DNA of 64,000 nt from Patescibacteria group bacterium (GTDB taxonomy: Bacteria; Patescibacteriota; Dojkabacteria; GCA-002793355). The notes below the pieces were generated by a model. The model ran no database searches. It saw nothing but the letters and a program-made list of their open reading frames with translations, and was not told the origin of the DNA. Made by a program: the position numbers and the translations under genes. The stretch covers positions 92,185-156,184 of the forward strand of contig BOKM01000001.1 in the NCBI GenBank assembly GCA_016860985.1, in the 5' to 3' direction. Positions within the stretch are counted from its first letter, which is position 1, and each line of letters opens with the position of its first letter. Positions 38,063 to 48,265 of the stretch are shown one piece after another.

Positions 38063-40639
38063 CTATATGATTTTCCCGCCTAGCTTTGCCATTTCGGCAA
38101 TATACTTGGCACGATATAGTCGTAGCTGTGTATCTGCAAGCGAACCGTTTTTAGGGGTAAATATCAAGCGGTGCGTGACCTGTTTGAAACCTTCCCGCTT
38201 TTGGTAAATGTCTATTGGAACTTGTTTTACTGCCGTTTCACCTTGCAACTCTACGTTAACTTTTTGGTATGCCAGCATTACATTTTCATATTGCACTTCG
38301 ATTGGAAACTCAAAACAGTAATCTTCGGTTACAAGCGGGAATTTACTAGGTTCTCTATACTGAGGTTCTAGTGATGCATATTGCGCAATTCTGTTTAATG
38401 AGAATTCTGCGATAGCCACCTGTTTGGTTAATCCAAAGGATTTTCGAACCATCGTTGCGGGCTCGCCAATTACTCCTATAAATACATTCGTTCCTTTTTC
38501 AAGCAACAACGCGCTTCTTCCGCTTCTTAGTGCGACCAATAATTCTTTTGCCCAAGAAGGAATGTTATTACTTATCTTTTTAGGAAGGTCAGAAATATGT
38601 GCCGTACGAATTTCAACATGGAGTTGTTGCATGTACTGCTCAATCAGATGCTTTAGTGTAAAGAAACCTGGTTGTACGGAGTCATCAACAATACCGACGG
38701 CAATATGCTCATCTTCGATTGGAAGTCCTAACTCATCAATACCAAAACGTGCCTCTGGCATATGATAGGTAGATAGATCTTCACCAGAATAATTCAATCC
38801 CTTTCGAGAGATTTTACCAAGTTCAAAGAGTGCAAAGCGATTTGTGTTGTATTGATTCTTGGCAAGTTGTTCAATCAACCCTGGTGCAATTTGTTTTCTC
38901 ATATACTGCACATCTGGTGAGATTGCATTTACAATCGAGCGAGCATCGGTGATTGGCATCTGGCAACGATCATAAAGTGCCTTACTGACAAAACTAAAAT
39001 TCATTGCTTGAACAATTCCAATACTCGAAAGTGTTTCAAAAGAAGCTTGTTTGATTTGCTCGTAGCGAGAGAGTGGAATGCCGAAAATCCCCCGTTTAGG
39101 AAGTTCAGGAACAATCTCCTTATATCCTACGATTCTTGCAATTTCTTCGTACACATCCTCATCGATTGCAATATCTGGACGCCATGACGGAGTATCAATG
39201 CGGTACATGCCGTTCTTTTTGACTACTTCGCACCCTAGCGCTTTTAAGATTGCAACAACACGGACGGGAGATAGAGCAATACCGATAAACTGCTCCATTT
39301 TTTCGTGAGAGACTACAAGCGATGAGCCCAATTTTTGTGGGAGATATTCGTCGGCAATACTAGACACGACTTCAGCACCACAAAGTTCTTGAAGTAGATG
39401 TACTGCACGAAGCAATGCTCTCGCAGTTTTTTCTGGATCCTGTTTTCGAGAAAACACAACTGAGGCATCGGTTGTGATGCCCAAGCTCATACTTGTGTTT
39501 CTGATTGCATATTTGTTAAAAACTGCTGCTTCAAGAATAATTCTTGTTGAGTTTTCTGTAATTCCTGAGTCTTTACCACCAATAATACCTGCAATGCCAA
39601 GTGGCTTTTCCGAGTCTGTAATAAGTGGTGCGATTGCTGGCAGAACTTTTTCTTTGTTATCAAGAGTAACAATTTTCTCACCTGCCTTTGCATACCGTAC
39701 ATCAATAGTATATTCAATTCTATCTTCGCGTTTTTTGTGCACAAGAGTTGATGCATCAAACGCATGCATTGGCTGCCCATATTCGAGCATCACGTAATTT
39801 GTAATATCGACAACGTTATTAACCGAACTAACACCAAGTTTTGAGAGGTAATGTTGCAACCACTGTGGCGATTTCCGAACCTGTACCCCATCTAGAACAA
39901 TTGCCGAATAACGCTCCACCGCTTGAGTTGCTGAAATAACAATTTTTAACGCACAGGGCATTACTTTATCAAATTCAGGCCCAAGTAAGTTTGGGATAGA
40001 AAGAGATGCTTTTTGCCACTCTGGTATGATCAACTCGAAGCCATAAAGAGCTGCAATTTCTCTTGAGATACCTACTATTGAAAAACAATCTCCACGATGA
40101 GTTAATGATTTGTTTTCAATTTCGAAAATAACGTCATCAAGTTCAAGTGCGACGGAAAGCGATTCTCCAGCAACAAGTTCGTGCTTTAATTCTTCTGGCA
40201 GCAAAATCATTATTCCTTCGTGATTATCGCTTAGACCTAGTTCTTTTTCACTTGCAAGCATACCGACTGACGGAATTCCTGCCATCGTTCTAATACCAAT
40301 TTCGATAGGTTCTCCGCTTTCAGATTTGATAGAGGGGACAATCCCACCGACAGGGATATATGGTACAAAGTCACCCTTACTAATATTGTGTGCTGCAGTA
40401 ACAACTGTTACTGGTTCGGTTTTTCCAATATCAACATTTGCTATGATAAGTTTCTCTGATTTTGGATGATCTTCGACCGAAAGGATTTTGCCGACAACAA
40501 TTCCCTCAAACTTTTTTGATAAGTCCTCAACTGATTCTACCTCGGCAACAGATGTCCATATTCGAGAAATAAGCTCAGGAACAGGGATACTACTAACCTC
40601 AGGCACATACTTCTTAATCTGGTTTAATGAGTATTTCAT
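38063..40639 (-). CDS. pheT: Phenylalanine--tRNA ligase beta subunit
   Basis: The N-terminus reads MKYSLNQIKKYVP. B3/4 and B5 domains are present. It overlaps pheS by 4 nt. Confidence 0.9.
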   Translation of the reverse strand: MKYSLNQIKKYVPEVSSIPVPELISRIWTSVAEVESVEDLSKKFEGIVVGKILSVEDHPKSEKLIIANVDIGKTEPVTVVTAAHNISKGDFVPYIPVGGIVPSIKSESGEPIEIGIRTMAGIPSVGMLASEKELGLSDNHEGIMILLPEELKHELVAGESLSVALELDDVIFEIENKSLTHRGDCFSIVGISREIAALYGFELIIPEWQKASLSIPNLLGPEFDKVMPCALKIVISATQAVERYSAIVLDGVQVRKSPQWLQHYLSKLGVSSVNNVVDITNYVMLEYGQPMHAFDASTLVHKKREDRIEYTIDVRYAKAGEKIVTLDNKEKVLPAIAPLITDSEKPLGIAGIIGGKDSGITENSTRIILEAAVFNKYAIRNTSMSLGITTDASVVFSRKQDPEKTARALLRAVHLLQELCGAEVVSSIADEYLPQKLGSSLVVSHEKMEQFIGIALSPVRVVAILKALGCEVVKKNGMYRIDTPSWRPDIAIDEDVYEEIARIVGYKEIVPELPKRGIFGIPLSRYEQIKQASFETLSSIGIVQAMNFSFVSKALYDRCQMPITDARSIVNAISPDVQYMRKQIAPGLIEQLAKNQYNTNRFALFELGKISRKGLNYSGEDLSTYHMPEARFGIDELGLPIEDEHIAVGIVDDSVQPGFFTLKHLIEQYMQQLHVEIRTAHISDLPKKISNNIPSWAKELLVALRSGRSALLLEKGTNVFIGVIGEPATMVRKSFGLTKQVAIAEFSLNRIAQYASLEPQYREPSKFPLVTEDYCFEFPIEVQYENVMLAYQKVNVELQGETAVKQVPIDIYQKREGFKQVTHRLIFTPKNGSLADTQLRLYRAKYIAEMAKLGGKII

Positions 40640-41700
40640 ATTGTTGACTGAAGAAATCTTATATCACTTGCGAAGAGAGAACGAATATCTTGAATTCCAT
40701 TTCGTTGCATGACCATTCGATCAAGCCCAAGACCCCATGCAAAACCGCTATACTCTTTTGGATCAAAACCGCCTTCTCGTAAAACGTTAGGATGAATCAT
40801 GCCGGCGCCTACTAGTTCTAACCAGCCCGTATGTTTACAAGAAACGCAGCCAACACCGTCACAAAACGGGCATTGCCCCATGTATTCGATTCCCGGTTCG
40901 ACAAATGGAAAATAACCAGGCTGAATTTTTCCAACGACTTTTCTTCCGAAAAATGCTTCAACAAAGGCATTAATGGTGGCAATCATATTACTCACACTCA
41001 CGCCTTTATCGATATACAACCCTTCTATTTGATAAAAAGTATGACCATGCACTGCGTCTGCAGCTTCGTTTCGGGCGACCCTTCCGTAGATAACTGCTCT
41101 TAACGGCGCAGTCTTAAGATGGCGCATGATTCTAACCTGCATATTTGAGGTATGTGGTGTTGGAATGAGATTATCTTCTGTTCTGAAAGTATCCCAATTT
41201 TGGCGGGCAGGATGCTCTTTTGGCATATTCAACGAGTCGAAAACGTAGTAATCAGTATCTAATTCGCGACCTTCAAAGGGGATAAATCCCATCGAAGTAA
41301 AAATATCGAGCATTCTGTTGATTTCATACTGTAATGGATGTGGCGTACCAATGGAATCAAACGGAGCGACATGTGGATTGCTTACGTGAAAAGGAGCAGT
41401 GACATCAATATCACGCTGTTCATCTTTTTCTATCGATTCCTTGTTTGCAAGAAATAAGAGTGCTCTTTCAATATCCGACTCAATGGATTTTTTGGCTTCA
41501 TTAACCTTTGCGCCTACAAGAGGACGGTCTTCAGGTGATAGCTCTTTAAGCGATTGCAACAACTGTTGCAAAACACTCCCTTTTCCAGAAAATTCATTAC
41601 GAACGGCATATACCTCTTCAAGCGTATTTGCCTTTGAAAGTCGTGCAGTTACCTGCTTAAGAATACTACCCAACTCACTCTCGATTGTTTTTTTTGACAT
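40636..41700 (-). CDS. pheS: Phenylalanine--tRNA ligase alpha subunit
   Basis: The class II motif 3 (GFAWGLGLDRMVM) is present. Confidence 0.9.
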   Translation of the reverse strand: MSKKTIESELGSILKQVTARLSKANTLEEVYAVRNEFSGKGSVLQQLLQSLKELSPEDRPLVGAKVNEAKKSIESDIERALLFLANKESIEKDEQRDIDVTAPFHVSNPHVAPFDSIGTPHPLQYEINRMLDIFTSMGFIPFEGRELDTDYYVFDSLNMPKEHPARQNWDTFRTEDNLIPTPHTSNMQVRIMRHLKTAPLRAVIYGRVARNEAADAVHGHTFYQIEGLYIDKGVSVSNMIATINAFVEAFFGRKVVGKIQPGYFPFVEPGIEYMGQCPFCDGVGCVSCKHTGWLELVGAGMIHPNVLREGGFDPKEYSGFAWGLGLDRMVMQRNGIQDIRSLFASDIRFLQSTI

Positions 41701-41711
41701 GTGGCATATGA

Positions 41712-42050
41712 CTAACCTAATTTCGCGATCTTTGCAAAGATCTCAGGTTGTTTAACAGCTAATTCTGCGAGCATTTTTCTGTTAAGTACAACCTTCGCGG
41801 TTTTTAGGTTTGCCATAAACTTTGAGTAGCTTATTCCAAAGCTCTCTAAAGCAATGCCAATTCGCTGAATCCAAAGTTTTTTGAATTGTCCAGCTCTTTT
41901 CTTACGATCTACGTAAGAATATTGTTTTGCATGCAAAAGTGTTTCGATTGCCTTTCGGACATGTGTACTGTGAGACAATCTATAACCCTTTGCTCTGTCT
42001 AAAATCTTTTTATGTCGTCGTGCGGTGACTATACCACTCTTTACTCTCAT
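41712..42050 (-). CDS. rplT: 50S ribosomal protein L20
   Basis: The sequence MRVKSGIVTARRHKKIL..AKGY is present. Confidence 0.95.
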   Translation of the reverse strand: MRVKSGIVTARRHKKILDRAKGYRLSHSTHVRKAIETLLHAKQYSYVDRKKRAGQFKKLWIQRIGIALESFGISYSKFMANLKTAKVVLNRKMLAELAVKQPEIFAKIAKLG

Positions 42051-42052
42051 GC

Positions 42053-42244
42053 TTAACCTTGCAATAGCTTATTCCATGGATATTTTCGAACAGAGTCAAC
42101 TTTCTTTGCACCTGTTCGAGCACGTGCAGAAGACGATTTTTTACTTCGTAAATGTGCCGAAAAAGCTCGCTTACGGACCAATTTGCCGTTTGGAGTTCTC
42201 TTTACTCGGGCCATTAATGTTTTGTTTGTTTTGAGCTTTGGCAT
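42053..42244 (-). CDS. rpmI: 50S ribosomal protein L35
   Basis: The sequence MPKLKTNK...AHLRSKK is present. Confidence 0.9.
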   Translation of the reverse strand: MPKLKTNKTLMARVKRTPNGKLVRKRAFSAHLRSKKSSSARARTGAKKVDSVRKYPWNKLLQG

Positions 42245-42248
42245 CTAA

Positions 42249-42881
42249 TTATTTTTTCGATTTAACCAAGACAAAGATGTTTTTACCCTTTTCCTGAATG
42301 CTGATGATAGTACAGGATTCTTCAATTTTTGTCAACAAGACATCTTTGAATTTTCTTGCGACTTCTTCGGTGATTGGCCACCGTCTCATGATTGTAATTT
42401 TGACCTGATCTCCTTTACCAACAATCTCGAGAATCTTCTCTACTTTTCGATCCAAGTCTCCACCTGCTATCTTAGGGCTAATTTTTACTTCCTTTACTTG
42501 AATCGTTTTTTGATGTTTTCGAATCTCCTTTTCCTTCTTTTTGTGCTGATATTTGAATGATTCCCATGTGATAATTTTGCAGACGGGAGGTTTCGCCTGT
42601 GGTGCAATCATCACTAAATCCATTTCCTCTGCTTCGGCTCTTTGTATTGCGTCGCGCGTATCCATAACACCAAGATTTTCACCCTGTGAATCTACAACAC
42701 GGACTTCTGGCGCAGTAATTGCTTGATTTCGTGGAAATTCTTTTTCTAACGGATCAAAAATCTGCATTCGTGGTCGAGGAGTGTATCCTCCTGATGAGTA
42801 TCCACCTGGCCTTCCGCCACCAAAACGATTAAAAGAACCACCTTGGCGTGGCTTGAATGTTGAGAACCGATTATCTCGCAT
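42249..42881 (-). CDS. infC: Translation initiation factor IF-3
   Basis: The conserved core APEVRVVDSQGENLGVM...DLVMIAP is present. The true start may be internal, near nt 42767, or a non-ATG codon. The ORF-track version carries a Gly/Arg-rich N-terminal extension. Confidence 0.85.
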   Translation of the reverse strand: MRDNRFSTFKPRQGGSFNRFGGGRPGGYSSGGYTPRPRMQIFDPLEKEFPRNQAITAPEVRVVDSQGENLGVMDTRDAIQRAEAEEMDLVMIAPQAKPPVCKIITWESFKYQHKKKEKEIRKHQKTIQVKEVKISPKIAGGDLDRKVEKILEIVGKGDQVKITIMRRWPITEEVARKFKDVLLTKIEESCTIISIQEKGKNIFVLVKSKK

Positions 42882-44674
42882 TATACTAATTGTGACTTAA
42901 TTGATTTAGTTACCACTTCGTTCTGTAAATCTTTAATGAATGATTCGATATCAAGTAATCCGATATCACCCTTGCCTTGGATTCGAACCGAAATTGCATT
43001 TGTGTTTTGCTCTTTTTCTCCAACAATAAGCATGTAAGGAATTTTTTCTTCTTCTGCCTGCTTAATTTTACCTTCTAGAGGTTCGGGGTCAAGATCTGTT
43101 GTTGCGTGTATACCCCTTTCGTTAAGATATTTTGCCACTTTTTCGGCATATAACTCTTGTTTGCTAGTAACAGGAATTACCCGTGCGTGTTCGTATGTCA
43201 TCCATAACGGAAGTAACCCTGCGTAATGCTCGATAAGTGTTGCAATTACTCGTTCGAGCGAACCACTTAAGGTAGTTCGCATCACTAATGGAACATGCGA
43301 TTCTCCATCGCTACCCATATACGAAATTTGCTGCTCAACAGGGAGCGTGTAGAATATTTGAATTTTTGAAAGCCTTCGCTTTTGTTTTAACGAATCCTTA
43401 ACTGTCAAAATAATTTCGGGCTCTGTAAGTTTGTGTTCAGGAATTTCTTCTGAGATTGAAATCGTATGCTTCTTAGAAATACTCCTTAACAACAGCACCA
43501 GTTGTGCAAATTCATTCTTTTGCGCTGCTGTAACCTGAGGTGGCAATCTATACTGGACTTCAAAATCGAAAAAACCGAGTTCTCTGGCAAAACGAACAAT
43601 TTCGACAAGCTGACTCTCTATCTCTTTCTCTAAATGCTCACGGGCGCAAACGGTCGTAATAGTATCTTGAGTAAACTCTCTCGCTCTGTGTAAGCCTTCT
43701 AATTCGCTAATTTTTTCGTAACGTAGTAGCTTTCCAATTTCTCCGACTTTCCATGGCAAATCTCGATAGCTATGTTCTTTCCAGGAAAACATACGCAAAT
43801 GCGCACCAATAAACTGTTGCCTTACAGCGTACCATTTTTCAGCATCGTCTGAGACATTTTTTGCAAGCAACTTTTCGGATTGAGGTTGAGTCTCAAGATA
43901 TTCTTGTTCTGCTTGGGCGAGTAGCGGTGTTTCTACAAATTCGGCACCAAGTTGACGTATTTTCAGCTTAATTAACCCTGCTACCGCATCACGGACAAAT
44001 CGCCCACGAGGGTTCCAAAATATCAGTCCAGTACCAACTTCTGGGTCTACAGAGAAAAATCCAAGTTTCTTACCCATCACGCGATGGTCTCTTCGTAAAA
44101 GTTCTGCTTGAAATTCTTGAAAATCTAAAAGTTCTTGTGCAGAAGGAAAACAGACTCCAGAAATCCGGGTAAGCATTGATCGTTTATCGTCCCCTTTCCA
44201 GTATGCGCCTGAAACATCGAGTAGCGCTGCGTTTTCTAATACTGCTGTTGACATTATCGGCAATGGAAACTTCGTTGTATCTTTAAACGCATCTTCTCCG
44301 ATAACCAATACATCAACCTTCTTTGTTGTAATCTCGTCTAAGATTTCTCGTTTGTATGGTTGTTCCTTCTCTGTAAAGTACTGTAGAGCGTCGTCTCGTA
44401 CAACGGTTTTTACCGCCATCTTAAGATTTGCCCTAGCAAGTTCTAGCATTTTTGATTGAATTGCTGGAAGTTCGTCAAGACTAATAGGGGTATCGAACTC
44501 AACATCATAATAGAAACCGTTTTCAGAAAGTCCGTTTTCGCCGAGCTTTGCGTCTTTATGCAATTCGGAAACAGCCATAGCAAGTAGGTGTGCTGCTGCG
44601 TGGCGTAATGTAGAAATGTCTATAGTACTCATATCGAGATACAGTATTATACCTTTACGAGAGGACCTTATCAA
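42881..44674 (-). CDS. thrS: Threonine--tRNA ligase, lacking a TGS domain; the probable start is the internal MSTIDIS, about nt 44632
   Basis: The N2/editing motif RHAAAHLLAMAV is present. The class II core and the anticodon-binding domain are present. Confidence 0.9.
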   Translation of the reverse strand: MIRSSRKGIILYLDMSTIDISTLRHAAAHLLAMAVSELHKDAKLGENGLSENGFYYDVEFDTPISLDELPAIQSKMLELARANLKMAVKTVVRDDALQYFTEKEQPYKREILDEITTKKVDVLVIGEDAFKDTTKFPLPIMSTAVLENAALLDVSGAYWKGDDKRSMLTRISGVCFPSAQELLDFQEFQAELLRRDHRVMGKKLGFFSVDPEVGTGLIFWNPRGRFVRDAVAGLIKLKIRQLGAEFVETPLLAQAEQEYLETQPQSEKLLAKNVSDDAEKWYAVRQQFIGAHLRMFSWKEHSYRDLPWKVGEIGKLLRYEKISELEGLHRAREFTQDTITTVCAREHLEKEIESQLVEIVRFARELGFFDFEVQYRLPPQVTAAQKNEFAQLVLLLRSISKKHTISISEEIPEHKLTEPEIILTVKDSLKQKRRLSKIQIFYTLPVEQQISYMGSDGESHVPLVMRTTLSGSLERVIATLIEHYAGLLPLWMTYEHARVIPVTSKQELYAEKVAKYLNERGIHATTDLDPEPLEGKIKQAEEEKIPYMLIVGEKEQNTNAISVRIQGKGDIGLLDIESFIKDLQNEVVTKSIKSQLV

Positions 44675-45257
44675 CTAAGCCGTATTTCACTGCTTCGTCT
44701 GCCGACATCCAATTATCAAGTTCTGTATCTTGCGTCACCTTTTTCACATCTTTTCCGGTATGTTTCGCGAGAATTTCGTTGAGAAGCATTTTGTTCTTTT
44801 GCATTTCGGCATTTTCGATCATCAATTCTGTTGCAGTCATTCGTGGCAAGCCTGTTAACCTAACCTGATGAATCATTACTCTTGAATGTGGGAGCATAAA
44901 ACGCTTTCCAGGTGTGCCTGCTGACAAAAGAATCGAAGCCATTGAAGCGACCATCCCCATTCCTATCGTCACAATATTTGGCTTTAGGTACTGCATTGCG
45001 TCGTAAATTGCTAACCCAGCAGCCACTGAGCCCCCTGGGCTTTGAATATACATTTGGATATCTTCTTTTGCATTTTCTTTTTCAAGGAACACCATTTCAG
45101 CAATAATAATATTTGCCATTTGATCGTTAACTGGACCATTAACAAATATGATTCGGTCTTTTAGCAATCGTGAAAATATATCGTAATACGATCTGTTTCC
45201 TCTTCGGTCTTCTTCAAATACCGTAGGTACAATTAAGTTTGCTGTCTTGTCAGTCAT
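44655..45257 (-). CDS. clpP: ATP-dependent Clp protease proteolytic subunit
   Basis: The ClpP catalytic region (GMVASMASILL, the Ser-His-Asp context) is present. It lies downstream of tig. Confidence 0.9.
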   Translation of the reverse strand: MTDKTANLIVPTVFEEDRRGNRSYYDIFSRLLKDRIIFVNGPVNDQMANIIIAEMVFLEKENAKEDIQMYIQSPGGSVAAGLAIYDAMQYLKPNIVTIGMGMVASMASILLSAGTPGKRFMLPHSRVMIHQVRLTGLPRMTATELMIENAEMQKNKMLLNEILAKHTGKDVKKVTQDTELDNWMSADEAVKYGLVDKVLS

Positions 45258-45298
45258 AAAGAATTATAGCAGTCTCACATGGAAATTGCCAAAACCCA

Positions 45299-45856
45299 CT
45301 AAAGAAGCCTTCTTGGTTTTAAAAGTACCCCAAAAAAGGAGATTAGCGCGAGTGTACCCATAACATAGAACAAACTCGTAAACCCGAACTTGGTTGCCAG
45401 GTAGCCACCAAGAATTGCTCCCGCGGCGACCAATACATTGCTTAAGACCTTCCAAAGTGAGTATTCTTTGACGTGTTTGTTTTTATCAATATGCTCTGCC
45501 ACCATTACCTCAAAAGCAGGAGTTCCTACTGCTTCTCCGAGACCAAGGACCACCTGAACAACGAGTAGTGAATAAAAATTACCAGCAATTAGGAACATGA
45601 ACCACCCAAAAGCTCGTAATAGATAGCCAGCAAGGAGTAAATATTCTTTCTCCTTAATCGTATCTCCGAAAGAAGCAACGATCAGGGACCCTATTGTTGC
45701 GACGAACATATATGTTGCCCACAAAATCGACACCGTAGCAACGCTTTGAGTAATTCCTTCAGCATAAAGCGAATAGAGTGGACCAAGAATACTCCCTCCA
45801 AACACAAAAATACCATTGTATAAAAACAAGACCTTGAGCGCTTTATTATTTTTCAC
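45299..45856 (-). CDS. Half-size (6-TM) MFS-like membrane protein; possibly a truncated transporter
   Basis: It has six TM helices and an MFS motif-A-like loop (GDTIKEKEY). No second MFS half lies downstream. Confidence 0.35.
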   Translation of the reverse strand: MKNNKALKVLFLYNGIFVFGGSILGPLYSLYAEGITQSVATVSILWATYMFVATIGSLIVASFGDTIKEKEYLLLAGYLLRAFGWFMFLIAGNFYSLLVVQVVLGLGEAVGTPAFEVMVAEHIDKNKHVKEYSLWKVLSNVLVAAGAILGGYLATKFGFTSLFYVMGTLALISFFGVLLKPRRLL

Positions 45857-45926
45857 TTGCTAGGTTACCAGATAAATTTCACGAGTACAAAGATGAGCAT
45901 TCACATTCAGCTAAATATTGCCAAAC

Positions 45927-45999
45927 TGCCCCAGGCGAGAGTCGAACTCACAACCTTTCCCTTAGGACGGGACTGCTCTATCCATTGAGCTACTGGGAC
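45927..45999 (-). tRNA. tRNA-Arg (anticodon CCU); no CCA is encoded
   Basis: The cloverleaf has a 7-bp acceptor stem with one G-U pair (GUCCCAG/CUGGGGC). The D-arm is GCUC/GAGC. The anticodon loop is GUCCUAA and the T-loop is UUCGACU. Confidence 0.8.
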
Positions 46000-46012
46000 C
46001 GCTCACGTACCG

Positions 46013-47131
46013 TTACGCCTGAACTTGGTCGTTTACTTCAATCCCTGGTTCTTCGTGTGGAATCAAGCCAATTTCTACCCGGAACAACTGCACTGCTTTG
46101 TACATTGCAGCGGTTTGAATAATAACGTCAACTTGTCGCTGTGAAAGTTTGTCTTCTGGTTTTACTCGGAGTGAAGAAGCAGCATAGTTCACGAATACAA
46201 CATCTTTTGGATCTTGTGTATCGATCTTAATCTTTCGCTCTCTAATGAATAAAGTCCAGAATACATCTTCTCTGAAGCGCTTTTCAGCTGCATCCGATAC
46301 TTCTTTGTTATATTCTTCTTCGGTTTTATTGTAGTGCTTCAAGTAATCAGCAAAGGTAATTCCGTATTGTTTGAATTGCTCTTCTTGCGCTTCTCTATTA
46401 CTTTTTACACTCTTTTCTACTGCTGAAGCAGGTACTTCAATCTTCATGGACTCAACCGCCTTTGAAAGTGCTTCGTTTACTAATTTGTCTTCTTCTTGGT
46501 GAAGTTTTGCATGCTCCAATTCCTCTACCAATAACTTTTCAAGCTCTGCAACTGTTTTTATATTTGGGATCTTCATCTGCGACTCAACCCAAGCATCCGA
46601 CATTTCTGGGTATGTGGTCTTTTCTTCATCTTTTGCTTTCTTTAGCCACTCTTCCCACAAATTCTTTTTTGCAGTCTCTACATCTTCTGGTTTGACCTCA
46701 GTATTTGGAGGAGTAACCTTTAGCTTCGAAGTATCTGGAAGCTTGTAGTCAGGAAGTCTTTCGATTTTAATTGTGTAACTTAAAGGACTCTCTACCATCG
46801 TAAAATTGACCTTTTCGACCTCTGGTGAGGTAGTTGCAATAATTCCTTCGTCGGTCAATAACTCTTCGACAGAATAATTAACCATAAGGTTTGTAAGGTC
46901 TTTCACTAAGTCTGAGTAAATTTGCTGTTCTACCTGCTCGCGTGGGGCTGCACCTTTGCGAAATCCTTTGATTTCGACCTCTTTGCTTCTTGCGGCAAAA
47001 AGCTTTTCGTAAGCATCTTTTTGAACTGCTCCGTTTACGGTAATTTCGTAAGTATAAACGTTACCTTCTTGTGAAAGTACTTTTTTAGATCCAATTAATT
47101 TTTGGGCTCCTGGTTCTAATAATTGTGCCAT
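46013..47131 (-). CDS. tig: Trigger factor (short form)
   Basis: The N-terminal ribosome-binding signature GFRKGAAP is present. It lies immediately upstream of clpP. Confidence 0.8.
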   Translation of the reverse strand: MAQLLEPGAQKLIGSKKVLSQEGNVYTYEITVNGAVQKDAYEKLFAARSKEVEIKGFRKGAAPREQVEQQIYSDLVKDLTNLMVNYSVEELLTDEGIIATTSPEVEKVNFTMVESPLSYTIKIERLPDYKLPDTSKLKVTPPNTEVKPEDVETAKKNLWEEWLKKAKDEEKTTYPEMSDAWVESQMKIPNIKTVAELEKLLVEELEHAKLHQEEDKLVNEALSKAVESMKIEVPASAVEKSVKSNREAQEEQFKQYGITFADYLKHYNKTEEEYNKEVSDAAEKRFREDVFWTLFIRERKIKIDTQDPKDVVFVNYAASSLRVKPEDKLSQRQVDVIIQTAAMYKAVQLFRVEIGLIPHEEPGIEVNDQVQA

Positions 47132-47146
47132 GGTAATAACGATAAA

Positions 47147-48265
47147 TTAACTTTGGGATTGTAGCATAGAATTGAGTATTTCGACACTATCGTTATATCT
47201 TTGCAGTCGTTTTACTCGACTGGTATAGGATGGAATTGACTCGATTGTCATACCTACCAAGTTTGGAATTTTTGCAAGTGATTGAATATTACGCTTGTAG
47301 TCTACATACTCTTCTTCAGTCATATGCGTTAAATCTGAATGAGAGTCAAAATTCTTTGCGTAAAATATCGGCTTTGCATCAAGTAAGTGCGCTTCATTAA
47401 AATTCAAGTGCGCATAATACAATTTATTTTTTAAGCGCCGAATAAAGTAATCTTGGTATTTAAAGTGCTGGAGGGATTCTGGCGTAAATTGGTGTTCCGT
47501 ATGCTTTATCCCGTGAGCGTACATAAATCGAGCATACGAATTCGCATGTCCCCAATCAAATAGTACTCCATAATAAGAATCATCAAGTTCATTCATCAAA
47601 CGCTCAAAGAATTGGGCATCACCTAGAAAAGGAGAATAACGTTCATGCCGTCGCTTTAGCCACGGCATATTCTCAATGACAAGCCGTACATTCTGTTCAC
47701 GGAGCAACGGAAGTAATTTCTTTGCAACTTTGGTTATTGACTTAATAATCTCCTTTTCTGACTTATTTGGGTCAGAGGGCAACGGATGTGCAATAAGTAC
47801 TTTGTCTTGCTCTTGTGGGGCAATTGCTTCAAACAAATGCAAATGAGAATACAAGCAAAGTAACGTGGTTGATGAATACTCTGTAATGTCCAGCACGTTT
47901 TCAAGATACGACTTGCGTGCTGTTTGGAAGACTTTTCCATCGTCAATATATGGGGCATGCATCGAACGCACAGACAAGCCCATTTCTACAAATCGTTTCA
48001 CCACAAAATCATTCAACATCCAATGTTTTGAAAACATACCAAGAAACGAGGGAACAATTTCTACATATAAATCCTTACTCTGACCTTTTGCATAAACCGA
48101 ATTATCAATACCTGGAAGGAATCGAAAAATACTTTTCAGAAATTGAATTCCAAGTAAACCAAAAATATATCGCAATGCTGAGTTACGGCTTCGCTTTTCA
48201 ATACCTTGATAATTATAAGTTATCGAGGATGATGTCTGGTTATTATTCTTCATATTGCTCCACAA
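47147..48265 (-). CDS. Xylose-isomerase-like TIM-barrel / AP-endonuclease-family-2-like protein
   Basis: The motifs HAPY, LVIENMP and DWGHAN resemble the metal-ligand pattern of TIM-barrel sugar-phosphate isomerases and endonuclease IV. Confidence 0.4.
   Translation of the reverse strand: MWSNMKNNNQTSSSITYNYQGIEKRSRNSALRYIFGLLGIQFLKSIFRFLPGIDNSVYAKGQSKDLYVEIVPSFLGMFSKHWMLNDFVVKRFVEMGLSVRSMHAPYIDDGKVFQTARKSYLENVLDITEYSSTTLLCLYSHLHLFEAIAPQEQDKVLIAHPLPSDPNKSEKEIIKSITKVAKKLLPLLREQNVRLVIENMPWLKRRHERYSPFLGDAQFFERLMNELDDSYYGVLFDWGHANSYARFMYAHGIKHTEHQFTPESLQHFKYQDYFIRRLKNKLYYAHLNFNEAHLLDAKPIFYAKNFDSHSDLTHMTEEEYVDYKRNIQSLAKIPNLVGMTIESIPSYTSRVKRLQRYNDSVEILNSMLQSQS

Noticed and set aside
45264-45455. 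63-aa ORF that might have been the C-terminal continuation of the half-MFS gene
   Set aside because: The translation has no TM helices or MFS motifs, so it is not a frameshifted second half.
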